Below are positions 34,724-49,544 of a DNA stretch of 64,000 nucleotides, piece by piece. The position numbers were made by a program, and so were the translations under genes. The notes beneath the pieces are model-generated. The model made no database searches. It saw only the letters and a list, made by a program, of their open reading frames with translations, and had not been told where the DNA came from. Within the stretch, counting starts at the first letter, position 1; each line of letters begins with the position of its first letter. The stretch comes from Leptogorgia sarmentosa (taxonomy: Eukaryota). The DNA lies in contig OZ210885.1 in the NCBI GenBank assembly GCA_964658305.1, positions 18,476,001 to 18,540,000 on the forward strand, read 5' to 3'.

Positions 34724-37700
34724 TTCAACCCTGATGCCACGTTTACCGGGCTCACATCAGCAACTCAGCGCATGAAATACTTTAAAGACAATTTAATTTT
34801 CTAGTAAGTTTCGCTTTATTACAAAGATTTTTTCAGTGCTGTTTTTCTAATAATTTACGTACTTCACCTTTTTTGACATTTGTATCCCAAATTTTATCTG
34901 AATTTTATTTACTTACGATATAGGAGCCCCGAGCTGAAGAGCTTGGGTCAAAATGGATATGGAAGATGGTTAAACCAGGAAAAGGCATGAAAAAGACCAG
35001 ACGTTTGGTGAAATCTGTTTCAAACTTTTATTATATCCCACTAATCGAGTCTCTAAAGGCAAGTACTGTACTAATTTCAACGACAATGGGAGGGGTATAA
35101 CAGGGAGACTATGTGGTATTATTGGGGCCAATGATAATGCATTAAAACACGGGAGGAAAAATGTTCAACATAAAAACGCCACTTTTACAGTTAAAGACAA
35201 ATGTGATCCAAACTTGTGCCTAATGCGGCATCTCAAATCTGCTGTCCACAATTTCCCCAAAATTGTAGCGAGCCACCTTAAATTAAGATATTGCCTATGG
35301 CACTGAAAATGAAATGTTATGCCATATGGCATCAAATGACAGGGTTTTATATTTACTCGCATATTTTTCGAGGTATCTTTCTCAAATTACGTTTACATGA
35401 AGTCGACATGCATAACAATGATAACATATTAAACAATGACATAGACCCTAAATGGGCATGGTACAAACATGGTACAAACAACTCAAACGTAGTTAAAATA
35501 AAATTGAAATATTCTAGATAAATGTGAGATAAATAGAATATACTCACAAATAGTTATGCATTATTTCCCATATGATATAAATTATACTCGGCCAGACAAT
35601 TTCACTGCCATGATCATCAAACGAAGCTCATCCACATGTCTAATTTTCACATTTAATTCAACTCTTTTATATAGAATTTGTTGAACAACACAGATGTGTT
35701 AAGGGAGGTTGAGTGCAACCATGAACGGGAAGATGACGTAAAGGCAGACATTTGTGATGGTCTATTCCTGAAAACACATCCCCTTTTTAGTCAAGATAAA
35801 CAAGCACTTCAAATAATTAGATATTTTGATGATGCAGAAGTTGCAAATGCACTTGGTTCTAAGGCATATAAGCATAATATTGGTAAGTGTGACTCAATAA
35901 TTATTTTTATATTACTAGATTACAACTTTTAATTGACACAATATACAAATTAGGAACATTGTATTAATAACCCTAAAATAATATAATTATGCCCCTAGGA
36001 TTTTTTTATTGGGTTCTTGGGAACATACGACCAGAATACAGATCGACCATGAGGGCCATACAAGTTTTTGCTGTTGCAAAGTCAAAATCAGTCAAAGAAT
36101 ATGGAATGGACAGCATTTTAAAGCCATTTGTAAATGACTTGCAAACACTTGCCAGTGTGAGTGGTATTATGCAATTTACATAGTGCAAAACATAGAGTAC
36201 CACTTAACATTCATATAGAACTAGTATGTACTTCTAACATATAAAGTTAAAAAAGGTACTCTAAATTTTAGGGTGAAGGTGTTCAGTTCAACACCCCAAA
36301 TGGTGTGAAGACCTTCAGAGGGGCACTAGTGGTATTTGTTGGAGATACCCCAGCTGCTAATCTAGTTGGGGGGTTTAAAGTTGGGGTTGGTGGAGCAATG
36401 CGAATCTGTAGAACATGCTACTGCATCCAACAGGATGATCGGAATCAAATTGCAGAAAAGGTTTGCTAATCCCTTAAGTGTTATAATTACTTGTTGTGGA
36501 GGTTTTCATCACGTATTTGTACCTACTCTTGTAGAGCTCATACTAACTATCTCTTCTGCTATAACCACTAGTTCACACATGTCGATTGCCAACTACGATC
36601 TCTGCCTGCACATTTACAACATGTGAGTGACATCACCGATAACAACTTAACACAGGAGATGAGCAGATATTGGTCCATGTTTTGGGGTGTTACCAGGCTA
36701 AGTAGTCTCCATGATGCAACAGGTTTTGATGTCTGTAAATGCCTTCCTCACGACATTATGCATGTCCTGTTAGAAGGGGTTACTTCCCAAGAGATTAAGC
36801 TTTTTTTTAAATATGCCATTGATGATTTGGAGCTGTTCACCATTAACTGGTTCAATGAAGAGGTAGCACAGATGGAGATGACTGGGACAGAATCCAAGGA
36901 TAGACCATCGCCCTTTGACAGAAATGTGCTTAATGCTGGTGGTCATAAGCTCAACCAGAGTGATCAGTATAAGTGTTGCATATTATGTGTACTGTATTCT
37001 AAGATATAAAGTAAAAACACATTACATTTTTCCTGTTTCTATAGCTGCACAAACAATTACATTGTGCAACATCCTACCTTACATAATTGGCAGATTCATT
37101 CCACCAGATGACAAGAAATGGTACTGTTTGCGTCTAATGCTCACCATCACCAATGTATGTTTGGCTTGGCAAATATCAAATGATGATGTCACAAAATTGG
37201 CAACACTCATCAAGGAACATCACCTGCTATTTGTTGAGTTGTATGGAGAGGAAGCAGTGACGCCAAAGTGGCATTATGTTGTTCACCTACCAAACCAAAT
37301 ATTACAGTTAAGTAACATGTTTATTAATATATAATAATAATAACCTTTAGAACATTTGTAGAACATAAATGATTTTGTTTGTGATTTTTGTTTGATAACT
37401 AACTATGCTATTAGAACTAAAAAACTGAAGCGCATTTTTGGAACAACTATTAAGTTTACTCCTTCAGAAATTTCCTGAAATTGCTTGAATGCAAGCACAG
37501 ATGTGAGGTGGGCAATGATATCTGTTACTCAGGTAGAATTTAGAGCACAGATTACATCACCAGTTAGTTATAATGATTTTCTGTTAAGATTACCATTAGA
37601 TTTGTCGTTTGGGCAATATGGATTAGAATGCTAGAACCAGTACTATGTCAACCAACAAATCATGTGAGCTGTTCTCTTCTACCCGAGGAAATGCAACATT

Positions 37701-39910
37701 TTGGAGTAGATATATGAACAACAAATGTGACCATATGTAATAATATTGTTTTCGCATTGTTTAATTACTTACCATTCATTAGGTTTGGTCCTCCAAGATC
37801 TTATTGGTGTATGCGATTTGAGGGCAAACATCATTTATTTAAAAAAGCCATAGTGAATAAGAGTTTCAAGAATGTAGCCTTGTCACTATCATACCACCAC
37901 CAATACTATTCTTGTCACCAACTGCTACTGGAGCCAGGTCAGCAAAATTCAAACTTTCTGTATAATGGACCCACCATGGTAACCAGTAAGTAATCAAATG
38001 ACAAATATATGTACATTGTTTTAATCCTTAATAACTACGCAAATAATTGGTAACTACAATATATTGGTCTTGATTTTATTTTGTTAGGCTCAGTATGAGT
38101 TTTTCCTGTATATTTCCTTCAGGTACACCTCATTTTGAGTGCCCAGAGGAAGTGCAAGAGACATTTGATGAAATTACAAACAATGGGACATCATTTTCAC
38201 TGTATGTATACCATTATAGTCATAGAAAATGGATTATACAGTAATTTATGAGTTTAAAAATCTATGTGCCATTAATACTTATAAATAATAAGTCATAATG
38301 TTTTCAAAATCAGACCAATTTTAAAACATATGGTGTAAAACTCAGTGTAAACATCTGTCATAGACATAAACTAATGTGAAATTGTCGTCCTTCCATAAAA
38401 GCTGAATTGTGAAGCTCATGTTAATAGATTGGAAATGTACACATAACATGGTTTTAACGTCGGTGGTAACATCAACATTTAGATTTTTTACCTCCTTAAT
38501 AATAATGATCGATATTCTGTTTCCTTTTAAACAGGCTTGACAATGTGGAGAGACACGGGATAAAGTTCTCACTCCAAGATGCAGTTTGCCTTTCCTACAA
38601 CGACAATGAAGTCGAAGATGAGGGCGAATATCCTATATTTGCGTACATAACAACTATAATATACACAGAAGATGTATTTTTTATCCTGCAGAAAGCAGAA
38701 ACTGTTCGATTTGACACTAACTATTTAGCGTACGAAATCACGAAGAGGAACGACGTATGTTTAGTTTCGATTGAAGATTTAGCTCATCCGCTGCCATTGT
38801 TCCCGCATGTCGTCCTCGCTTTAACTTTCGTTAAACTAAGAGTAACAGCACTGTCATTGAATTCCTTGATTAACTAAGACTGTAAATAATAGTGTTGTGT
38901 GATACTAGAATAGTTTAATATACAAACTATCATTATTGTCAGTATTGACAAATCACAAATGCCATGGTCCTTACCTTTCCGAGTTTCGATTGCGTGGTTG
39001 TTTTATAAATTATTGATACACATCTCACTGATCTTGAAGATGAAGTCTCACGTTCGATCAAGAAAGTACGGGTTCAAATAAAGGCTAGACGTGCCATAAA
39101 ATACTGTGTTGCCATATTCAGCCGAAGTCATTCGCCGTTGCACTTGCAAGTTTTAGAATCGTGTTGTTCATTGTTTACATCGAATTTGAATTCAGATACA
39201 TTAAAGGAAGGCGGAAGTGAACTACCATCTATGATTTCACTATTGGAGCGCGGGCGACCAGTTCCGAAAATACGCATCCTGAAGTGAATAAGAACTCGTA
39301 AATTTTAAGATTCCGATCGCCATTCACAAAAAAACTGCAGGGTAAATCCGCAAGAACTTCTTAGATTTGAACTCAAATGATAATTAATAAGAATATGTAA
39401 TTTTCTTTTAGTTTAGCGAGGTGTGCAACGAAAATCGTTTTCTAGCCATCTTTTTTCATTTATAAATTGAATTTTTATTAAAACTTACTAACTAATTATA
39501 TGTACAATTAGTTAGTAAGTTTAGACGACGGCCTATTTGCGCTTTGCAGTTTGCACCGCCACTCACACGCAAAGCGTGTCGAGTTAACAGGTTGGTACAC
39601 ACGAAACGTGCCAATGCACACGCATGCCGTGTTTGGGAACACGTTACGCGTGTTGTAAAAGTAAGACATTTGCACACTGACGTGTTACAAATCAAACCAC
39701 AACACGTTTACTGTGTTAGTAGCGTGTTTTGGTAAATCCTCACTAATTCCGTGTCCTTTTGTAACACGTTGATGTATTGGCAAGTGTGTTGTGCCGTGTT
39801 GTTCACAACACACTTGCAACACGTTTGACATCTGCAACAACACGGCTGTGTTGTAAGAACATGGCGACGTGTTATAGTAACACGTCAATAGCACGCCTGT
39901 TTTTCTAGTG

Positions 39911-40661
39911 TACATCAATGTTCAAAGTAAAAAACGCATTGATATCATTCAGTCCCCAGGCCAAGCTATACTTCGTATGATATATCAGTGTTTTCTGAAT
40001 AACATATGTGAAAATAAAAAATTTCTATAGAATAGGTAATGAAAAAAAGGACTTGAAGTTCACATGCATTTCCCTTTGAGTTGCAGACTAATTCTCATAT
40101 CAAACCTTTACTTTAAAATGGGAAAAACACGGCAGTGTATAAAAATATTAAAGGCAAGCAATACATTGTCGGAATTATCGTTGAAATACGTAAAATATAT
40201 TGCAAAATGAAAAATCTATGGCTAGAATGAAGCGAGAAAATGACTTGAAAGTTAACATGCACATTCCTCAGAAACGCATCATATTACATCAATGTTCAAA
40301 GTAAAAAAACGCATTGATATGATTTGGTCCCCAGGCCAAGCTATACATTGTATGATATATCAGTGTTTTCTGAATAACATATGTGAAAATAAAAAATTTC
40401 TATAGAATAGGTAATGAAAAAAAGGACTTGAAGTTCACATGCATTTCCGTTTGAGTTGCAGACTAATTCTCATATCAAACCTTTACTTTAAAATGGGAAA
40501 AACACGGCAGTGTATAAAAATATTAAAGGCAAGCAATACATTGTCGGAATTATCGTTGAAATACGTAAAATATATTGCAAAATGAAAAATCTATGGCTAG
40601 AATGAAGCGAGAAAATGACTTGAAATTTAACATGGACATTCCTCAGAAACGCATCATATTA
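39911..40661. repeat. ~375-bp satellite, two tandem units
   Basis: TACATCAATGTTCAAAG recurs at 39911 and ~40285; the array continues after the Zator insertion. Confidence 0.92.
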
Positions 40662-41263
40662 GGGACCGGTCATAAAGTATTTACTAGGGGGTGTGGAGGA
40701 TATTCTGGAGGGGGTATGTAAAAAAAACGGAACCTCCAGGGGGGGTACCAAAATCTTACTAGATATTAACTAAATCTAGTGGGGGGTATGGAAAAAAAAT
40801 TAACTTTTATACTTATTGTTGAATGTAAATGTATTTAACCTAAGATTAAGTCTAGAAGGAATTGTTTTATTATAATAATAATTATTATATTAACACAAAG
40901 TATACATGTTTCAGTCTGACTCAATGTCAGATATAGTAAAGTGGGATTCAGTATCTGTGGGTGCAGCCTGACAAATCTGATACATGTGAACTCTCCATGC
41001 TGGTCAGCCCACTCACAAGAACCTGAGGAAGTGTCATCTTGAATAGAAGCAAATTTTGTCGGTTTGAAATAATCCAAGAACAAATTTTTCTGTTTGTTCT
41101 TAGTCTCAGCCCTTCGTTTTTGTTCCATTCTTTCTTGGCTTTCCTGCTGAAGAGTACATTTTAAGTTGGTCAACATATTTTCTGCAAATTCCAAGGCATC
41201 TGCATGAAAAAAATTATTGGTTAAAAGATATTCCAAAGCAATTGTGTGAAACCTAGGCTTTAA

Positions 41264-44200
41264 GAGTGCATGTCAGTAAAAATCAGACAAATGTGCCATT
41301 TCGCGGCCAGGGTGGTTTCATCGATTTTGCTCAAATTCGGTCCAGATGTACTATATTATATACCTAAGTGCACTGTATAGTTGGTTTAGTAAAATATATT
41401 TTCATTTTTGAGAAAATGTCAGATTTAGCCGACCACCCGAAACTCGCCATTTCTATTGATCAAATGTGAGTCGACTTTGTCGACCGATTTCGGTAACAAA
41501 ACCTATTTTAATCCGCTGAAAGACTCTAAAACCCTGTTCTATGTCTTCGAAACATCCGGTTACGTGACTTTCAGGTCATTTGAATGATCTTTTGTGACAA
41601 AAATAATTCTATATTTACAACACATGATTTAACTCGACTTACGACATCTCTTACAATAAGTCAATTTTCACCATGCGATAAAGCTCCAATTTTAACGAGC
41701 TTCTGCTGACAAGTTCCCAAAAAATCAAGCTTTCGATTGATGTAGTTATTTCTTTGGGCAAATAAATTGCCGTTACGCTACAGCTCGTGGAAAACTCCTG
41801 TTTTTGAGTCGTTTCAAGCTTCATTGCACTCAAGGTCAAGTGCTATTATTACTCATGTCAGTCAAACAACCGCCAAATTCAATCGTCTATTCTTACTATT
41901 TCCACTTTCTAGGACAAGAAATACCCTTAATATCTCACTTCTTACCTTACTAAGGCTTTAACATGCACAATATTTCCAAAACTGCTGTGATAATCGTAAG
42001 TGTTGGCCATTGCCTGTCAGTTGATAATTGCCGATTGCTGTTCAGCATGTCAACAACGGTCGTGAGCGCTTTTTGGTAGCGTTTAAAATCTCTCTGGATA
42101 GTCCAAGAAGCTTTTCTTTTTTCTTCTGATTAACTGTGATTCGATTTTTAAATAATACGACCTCTAAATGTATGATTACAGCATGGGCTGCACGCGAAGA
42201 ATCGAATTAACGTAAACATCCGATAACTTAGACTACCACTGTCTGGGGTAGGCACGGGGTGTTCTGGTTACACAGGAACCCCAGTGAGCTTGAACGCACA
42301 GTGCATTTTCTGTTTTGGTTGAGAATAAAAACACGCATGATTCCAGTTTGAAGAGGAATGCGTAACTATAGACTAACAGAATTAATGTAAAACACACACA
42401 CAAACTTATATATATAAACTGTCTACACGGGTAGTTTCCTTGACATCCGAGCCCATTTGGAAGTGATCATGACCTGTAAATGAACGTATAATTATAGTTA
42501 TGGTTTGAAGGGAAATGGGAGATGAAATTGATGAATAAAAGATTAAATACAAAATTGAATCAATTTTTGCTTATCTGGTACATCAAAGTGGTTAGTATAA
42601 TGCCTTTATAAAGCCTGGTTTTCACTAGCGATGCAGACGCAAGTGCAAGCACTCTAGGACTCGTAGAGAAAACTGCGCACGCAAGCACAATTGCAAGCGC
42701 AAGCTAAGGAATCAAAAAAATTAATTTTTCGTGAGCTTGCGCTCATCCACGTCTGAAATGCTGAGATCGTTGTGTTCAGTTGCGCTTGCGTTGGACACTC
42801 CCCTCGTAAGATCCTTTTTGTGTCACTAGATAAAGGACACAGTATTCACAACATACCTTTTGCAGCTGCAATTTCCAATGACTTCCATTTTAAGCAAATC
42901 GATAAATGGCTTTCTTCTGGTTCCTTTGAAAGCAGTAGTGTCCAAATCAAAAAAAGCGCATATATCACTCAACATCTTAATTGAAAGCTTCGGTAACTTA
43001 TTATCTGAATAAATTTCGCATAGATTATGCGATTCAAATGTTATTGGATAAACAAGTCCAACCTCTTTAATGACGCTATTTCTGAGTTCTTGTAACTGCC
43101 CCTCCTCAGCCCAAGCCTCCTCGTTCTCCTCCTGGTCTTCGTCCATTTCGTCTTCTGACTTGTCTTCTGAATTGCCTTCTAAGTTGCCCTCTCTTCTCTT
43201 CTCTTCTTTGCAAGGCGTGAAAAAAAGCTTTTGATTTGTTTTTGAGCGAGATATTCACTTGAATCAAACATACAAGAACCGTCCAGATTTCGTGCTTTTC
43301 TCATTGATTGAGAAACTGTATTTGCATCCACTTTATGGCCCGTCTTCTCACCAATGTCAAACATTTTTATTAGATATTGTTTTTGATTACTGCTGAATCG
43401 TTTCCTTTGAGATTGAGAAGACTTTAGAGCCCACCCTCTAGGTAAAGTGTCACTGTACGTCAATGTCCTTGATGTAGTCGACTCTTCAATTGGCTGATTC
43501 TTTAAAGGTTCATCCCCCTCTAGCTTTGTTGCGTACGATAACATCGCTTTGTCGAGAAATGTTTCACGTTCTAGGGAGAATTTGTGTTTCCCGACATCAA
43601 GATGGCGTTGCAGGGATGAAAATCGCTGATAGGATTTTATACAGCCATCCTCGGGACAAGGGAATATCTTTGTTGGCTGTTCTTCATCTTCTGAAGGCTC
43701 TTCATCTTCGGAAATTGCGCTGCTGGTTGGTTGGCTACTTGCGCTTTGCTTTTTCCTGACTGACACTTCTGTAAATGTGGCTTTTGGCGGGGAAGCGTTT
43801 TCGGTAATAGCTATCTCAGGAAGATCAATCTTCTTCGGAAGGCCAAATACATTCCATTTCAACTTCTTGCCCTTTCCAATCCCATATTCTCTCCACACTT
43901 TAACGCCATCGTTGTAATATGAGATATTATTAATAAAACTGACCCCTTCCCATTTGAAAGGGTCATGCTTTATTAATTCGGGGGGCTCGCACAGCTTGGA
44001 CTCCATTTGATGATTCTACAGCAGCCTTCATTTGTCTTGCTGTCTCGACGTCTTTACCAGAGTTGATATACACCTTGATGTGGTTCTTTATGTTTGCCGC
44101 TTTTCGGTCACATGACCCTTTACCTCCTTGCGGATCAGAAAAATCAACGTTAATCTTTACCTCATGCTTCTTTGCTATCTCTTTCATAGAAAGTAGATTA

Positions 44201-44875
44201 AACGCGCTATGATAGCAGCCAGCATTATCCTGCCTCCAAAAGACTTCTTTAAGCTCTGGTCTTTCAGCTTTCAGCTGCCCAACAACATCATCCACTATGG
44301 CCATCACTGAGTAGCTGTCCTGTGTGCAGCTTGTAAAGGTGTGAACCAGGAGCAACAAACACACCAGTGTTACATAATATGGCATGCGATTCGCTTTTCC
44401 CCAAACCTCGGTCACCTTTTGGCCAGCTGCTTCCTTTAGATTTGCCATGACCCGAAATTGCTTGGGGAACTCTACATCTTGTTCCTCCCCCTCTTGTCCA
44501 GCTTATCCCAAGTGTCGCGCGATGATAAGGGCAGATAGTCATAGATTTAATACTTTCGTCAGACTTGCCAAACAATGACGCTCGAGACAATATGAGATCA
44601 ATTTCATTTTGAGGACCTGAAAAACTCAGTGCGGACAAGTGCTTTGTAATATCCTTTGCACAAGATAATAATGGCACACTTTCGGTCTGACGCTTTCGAT
44701 CTTTTGGATCAAAACCACAAGAGCTACCAACAACAGTCTTAAAAGAACAACAAGCTTCCATTTTCTAATTGCAACTAAATGATTGAATATCGTCTGTGTA
44801 CGTGAAACATGATACGGCGGACTCAGTGGGGGATGGCTAAGTTTTCAATAGGTATAGCCTATCTAATATAGCAAA

Positions 44876-44915
<40 letters not shown>

Positions 44916-47900
44916 CATTAATTCTGTTAGTCTATAGTTACGCATTCCTCTTCAAACTGGAATCATGCGTGTTTTTATTCTCAACCAAAACAGAAAATGC
45001 ACTGTGCGTTCAAGCTCACTGGGGTTCCTGTTCTGTGTAACCAGAACACCCCGTGCCTACCCCAGACAGTGGTAGTCTAAGTTATCGGATGTTTACGTTA
45101 ATTCGATTCTTCCCATTTGAAAGGGTCATGCTTTATTAATTCGGGGGGCTCGCACAGCATCACTCGAACTCCTTGGACTCCATTTGATGATTCTACAGCA
45201 GCCTTCATTTGTCTTGCTGTCTCGACGTCTTTACCAGAGTTGATATACACCTTGATGTGGTTCTTTATGTTTGCCGCTTTTCGGTCACATGACCCTTTAC
45301 CTCCTTGCGGATCAGAAAAATCAACGTTAATCTTTACCTCATGCTTCTTTGCTATCTCTTTCATAGAAAGTAGATTAAACGCGCTATGATAGCAGCCAGC
45401 ATTATCCTGCCTCCAAAAGACTTCTTTAAGCTCTGGTCTTTCAGCTTTCAGCTGCCCAACAACATCATCCACTATGGCCATCACTGAGTAGCTGTCCTGT
45501 GTGCAGCTTGTAAAGGTGTGAATAAATGACAGCATTTCCAGGTGGCCTTTCAAGTTTCTTGTGATAGCGACTGCTATGTGCCAAGAGATGCCTTTCTTAC
45601 CGTACCAATCTGATTGGCTTTCGCGGTATTTCTTTGGGATAAACTTCATTGCCCAGTCTAAGACAACAAGAACTTAAGCAGGATCCAAAGATTCCAGAAC
45701 GTTAAGTCGGGCTTCGTCCTGGTTGATGCTGCGAATCAGATGAGCTTTCCAAGCCTGAATATTTTGCTTTGATTGTGCCACTACATACTCCATCTCCTTC
45801 TTCTCTTCGTGATGGGAGGCAAGCTCTTTGAGTGCCGAATCTAGTTCAGAGAAAACCAGTTGAATTAAATCACATCGATCACATCTAAGATCGTGCTCAT
45901 GATCACATTTGGAAATGAAATCTCTATCACTATGATCACTTAGAGCATGTGACCTACAGTGGTCAGCAACTCTAGAACTTTTGGACACATGAACCTGCAA
46001 TAAATATATTTCTAAAGTTAGTTGAATTAACGAAATATTATCATCATCACCATCATCATCATCATCATCATCATTCATCATCGTCATTGTTATACCTTGT
46101 AGTCGCTTTTTAGATAGCGTTTAGCCATCTTTGATTTACTGATGAGATTCTTCGTCCAGGTATGACCTTTACCATATTCATCTCCAAGTTTGAGTGCAAT
46201 TGCTTCTATTTCGTCAAAGGCTTGGGCACCATCGGCCGAAAAATAGTCCAAACCCTGCAGTGACTTTCTAACGGAGGCACTACACACGCTCAGAACTCTA
46301 CACAGACTGCTACGACTCATCGGCGAAAAGCCACTTTCCTTACAATACGTCATGTATTGTTGAACAACTTGTTCTGGTATCAAAGTCCTTACAACATTTG
46401 GCACTGTAACCTTAGCCCCTGTAGATAACTTCAGTGTCTTTTCTCCGAATGGCAAATCTTGTATTACTTGACCACTAGTAATGAAGGTTAAAAAATGGTC
46501 AAGTTTTTCAGGTGCGATATACATGTGGGTACTTTTTGTGCTAGTTACGGTAGCTCCTCTCCCGTGAAGAAGTGTATGATGGCGTGCCATGTTAAATCTG
46601 TATCTGGACAAACCAGGAATCCAGTTTTTCAAAGATGAGTAAGGAATTTTGTCTGCCATTATAGACAAGATCTGCCTTCTTGAGCTCCAATGATTTGCAT
46701 TGTTGTAACATTCAACCAGAGCCTCCATGAGAGATTTATCAACATAATAGTCCTCTTCATCAGATTGTGTATCTATTACATTTAACAGAGCATTTGGACA
46801 ATCAGGAGCAATTTCTTCTAGGGCAGCCAAGACAACTTGCTTAGCTTTACGCGAATATCGCCTCTTTGTTCTTTGTGAAGCATCTTCCCACGGTATTGCC
46901 AGCTGGTTTCTAATAGGACTTACATTCCTCGCTTTCAGAAAATTATTCAGCTGATCTTTTGCTATGGCTGGATGTGATTGGTCCTCTGGTTCTGATTCTG
47001 ACGGCGAGTAAACAGACCATGGTGTTTCAGATGTATTTGGAGCAGCATCCGAGTGTTGTGGTGACACAGTACTCTGCACGGTTTTGAAGGCTACCTCATC
47101 GTCTTCCTGTAGGTAAAGCATATAATCTTAATGAGATTACTTTTATATATGCTTCTGAGGGTAAAATAGGATTTTATCTGCTATTAGTTGTGATTTTTTT
47201 CATTTTGTCTTTCAGCAATTTTATTGTTGTCTCGTAACTCGATCGGTTTACTGATTAGAGTATAAATAGAGATGCACTGCATTTAGCTAAGTATCGAGGG
47301 CTACCAAGATAGTGTTATCTAGTCGACAAGCACTATACGGGAATATACGCACATTGTTACTTCTCTGTTTAGTCTGGAAGTATATCACGTGATAATCACC
47401 CAACTATTTTAATCGTTTTCGATAAATGAAATCAAACCTGTTCTTTGGTCAAACAAACATTACAAATAGATATAATTGGTTTGACAATGAGAAAAATATG
47501 TTAAAAAATTGATAGTGTTTTATTGTTTTATATATAATTGCAGTTTTTACTTGTCAGAACACGATTAATACTCATATTAGAGACGTACCAATGTCAGCTC
47601 TTGCATCTGTTCAGCAATAGGTTTAGCAACTGGTTTGAAGGAGTCTTGACTGTCCAATGACATGACCAAGTATCGACATTTCTTGCAAATTCCTGACAAA
47701 TTTTATTCAGTATATACATTAAAAGGCCGGAAATAGATAATTAGATAAATTATGATCTAGTAAGCCCGTAAGCTGTCAATCGATTTACACTTAATAAAAT
47801 GGCACTTCTCGTGAGCTATTTTAAGAAGCTGGCCTACCTGAACCAGGAGCAACAAACACACCAGTGTTACATAATATGGCATGCGATTCGCTTTTCCCCA

Positions 47901-48372
47901 AACCTCGGTCACCTTTTGGCCAGCTGCTTCCTTTAGATTTGCCATGACCCGAAATTGCTTGCGGAACTCTACATCTTGTTCCTCCCCCTCTTGTCCAGCT
48001 TATCCCAAGTGTCGCGCGATGATAAGGGCAGATAGTCATAGATTTAATACTTTCGTCAGACTTGCCAAACAATGACGCTCGAGACAATATGAGATCAATT
48101 TCATTTTGAGGACCTGAAAAACTCAGTGCGGACAAGTGCTTTGTAATATCCTTTGCACAAGATAATAATGGCACACTTTCGGTCTGACGCTTTCGATCTT
48201 TTGGATCAAAACCACAAGAGCTACCAACAACAGTCTTAAAAGAACAACAAGCTTCCATTTTCTAATTGCAACTAAATGATTGAATATCGTCTGTGTACGT
48301 GAAACATGATACGGTGGACTCAGTGGGGGATGGCTAAGTTTTCAATAGGTATAGCCTATCTAATATAGCAAA

Positions 48373-48427
<55 letters not shown>

Positions 48428-49544
48428 TAATTCTGTTAGTCTATAGTTACGCATTCCTCTTCAAACTGGAATCATGCGTGTTTTTATTCTCAACCAAAAC
48501 AGAAAATGCACTGTGCGTTCAAGCTCACTGGGGTTCCTGTTCTGTGTAACCAGAACACCCCGTGCCTACCCCAGACAGTGGTAGTCTAAGTTATCGGATG
48601 TTTACGTTAATTCGATTCTTCGCGTGCAGCCCATGCTGTAATCATACATTTAGAGGTCGTATTATTTAAAAATCGAATCACAGTTAATCAGAAGAAAAAA
48701 GAAATGCTTCTTGGACTATCCAGAGAGATTTTAAACGCTACCAAAAAGCGCTCACGACCGTTGTTGACATGCTGAACAGCAATCGGCAATTATCAATTGA
48801 CAGGCAATGGCCAACACTTACGATTATCACAGCAGTTTTGGAAATATTGTGCATGTTAAAGCCTTAGTAAGGTAAGAAGTGAGATATTAAGGGTATTTCT
48901 TGTCCTAGAAAGTGGAAATAGTAAGAATAGACGATTGAATTTGGCGGTTGTTTGACTGACATGAGTAATAATAGCACTTGACCTTGAGTGCAATGAAGCT
49001 TGAAACGACTCAAAAACAGGAGTTTTCCACGAGCTGTAGCGTAACGGCAATTTATTTGCCCAAAGAAATAACTACATCAATCGAAAGCTTGATTTTTTGG
49101 GAACTTGTCAGCAGAAGCTCGTTAAAATTGGAGCTTTATCGCATGGTGAAAATTGACTTATTGTAAGAGATGTCGTAAGTCGAGTTAAATCATGTGTTGT
49201 AAATATAGAATTATTTTTGTCACAAAAGATCATCCAAATGACCTGAAAGTCACGTAACCGGATGTTTCGAAGACATAGAACAGGGTTTTAGAGTCTTTCA
49301 GCGGATTAAAATAGGTTTTGTTACCGAAATCGGTCGACAAAGTCGACTCACATTTGATCAATAGAAATGGCGAGTTTCGGGTGGTCGGCTAAATCTGACA
49401 TTTTCTCAAAAATGAAAATATATTTTACTAAACCAACTATACAGTGCACTTAGGTATATAATATAGTACATCTGGACCAAATTTGAGCAAAATCGATGAA
49501 ACCACCCTGGCTGCCCTATGTTTGGTTTTTATGGACATGCTCTC
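41264..49544 (-). mobile_element. Sola3 DNA transposon with ~1.1-kb TIRs and an internal duplication
   Basis: TTAA TSD (41260-41263 / 49545-49548), GAG...CTC termini, TIRs ~41264-42390 / ~48423-49544. Excision restores the host frame CIL|KPRFH. Confidence 0.88.
42826..48258 (-). pseudogene. Sola3 transposase, multi-exon, rearranged
   Basis: Exon 1 MEACCSF... (48258-47838); core DWAMKFIPKKYRESQSDWYGKKGISWH, QDNAGCYH and DFSDPQGGKGSCDRKAA; C-terminal C2H2 and GWALK. Exon 1 and the catalytic segment are duplicated at 43960-45111. Confidence 0.85.

Larger units (their letters stand above)
29730..38877 (+). pseudogene. EnSpm/CMC transposase, multi-exon, interrupted by Copia
   Basis: N-terminal C2H2 fingers (CSIC..H; CALC..HIRRKH), then YYIPLIESL, DICDG, YFDDAEVANALGS, FYWVLGNI, GDTPAAN...CRTC, HDIMHVLLEGV, TPKWHY and WCMRFEGKH. 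Removing Copia restores ...KDLFN|PDATF. Confidence 0.88.
3698..39910 (+). mobile_element. CACTA/EnSpm (CMC) element, left end truncated, hosting hAT-MITE/Helentron, MULE and Copia insertions
   Basis: Right terminus ...GTTTTTCTAGTG at 39910 (CACTAG on the minus strand) with dense AACACG/CGTGTT subterminal motifs at 39540-39900. Divergent transposase (+) and accessory gene (-). No left CACTA terminus was found; only AACACG-type remnants near 3715 and 15447. Confidence 0.75.

Noticed and set aside
42610..42800. Possible small MITE (GCAAGC-rich) within Sola3
   Set aside because: Only one plausible end was seen and no TSD could be confirmed.
46038..46087. Poly-Asp N-terminus of ORF 45674-46087
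   Set aside because: An intronic (CAT)n microsatellite; the exon begins at the acceptor near 45994.
41651..49166. Identical 62-64-aa ORF pairs at 41651-41961 and 48856-49166
   Set aside because: They simply reflect the Sola3 TIRs; no coding evidence.
41308..49509. Alternative element boundaries CAGGGTG...CACCCTG with a 2-bp GC TSD
   Set aside because: The inverted similarity extends outward to GAG...CTC with a TTAA TSD, and only that excision restores the host reading frame.
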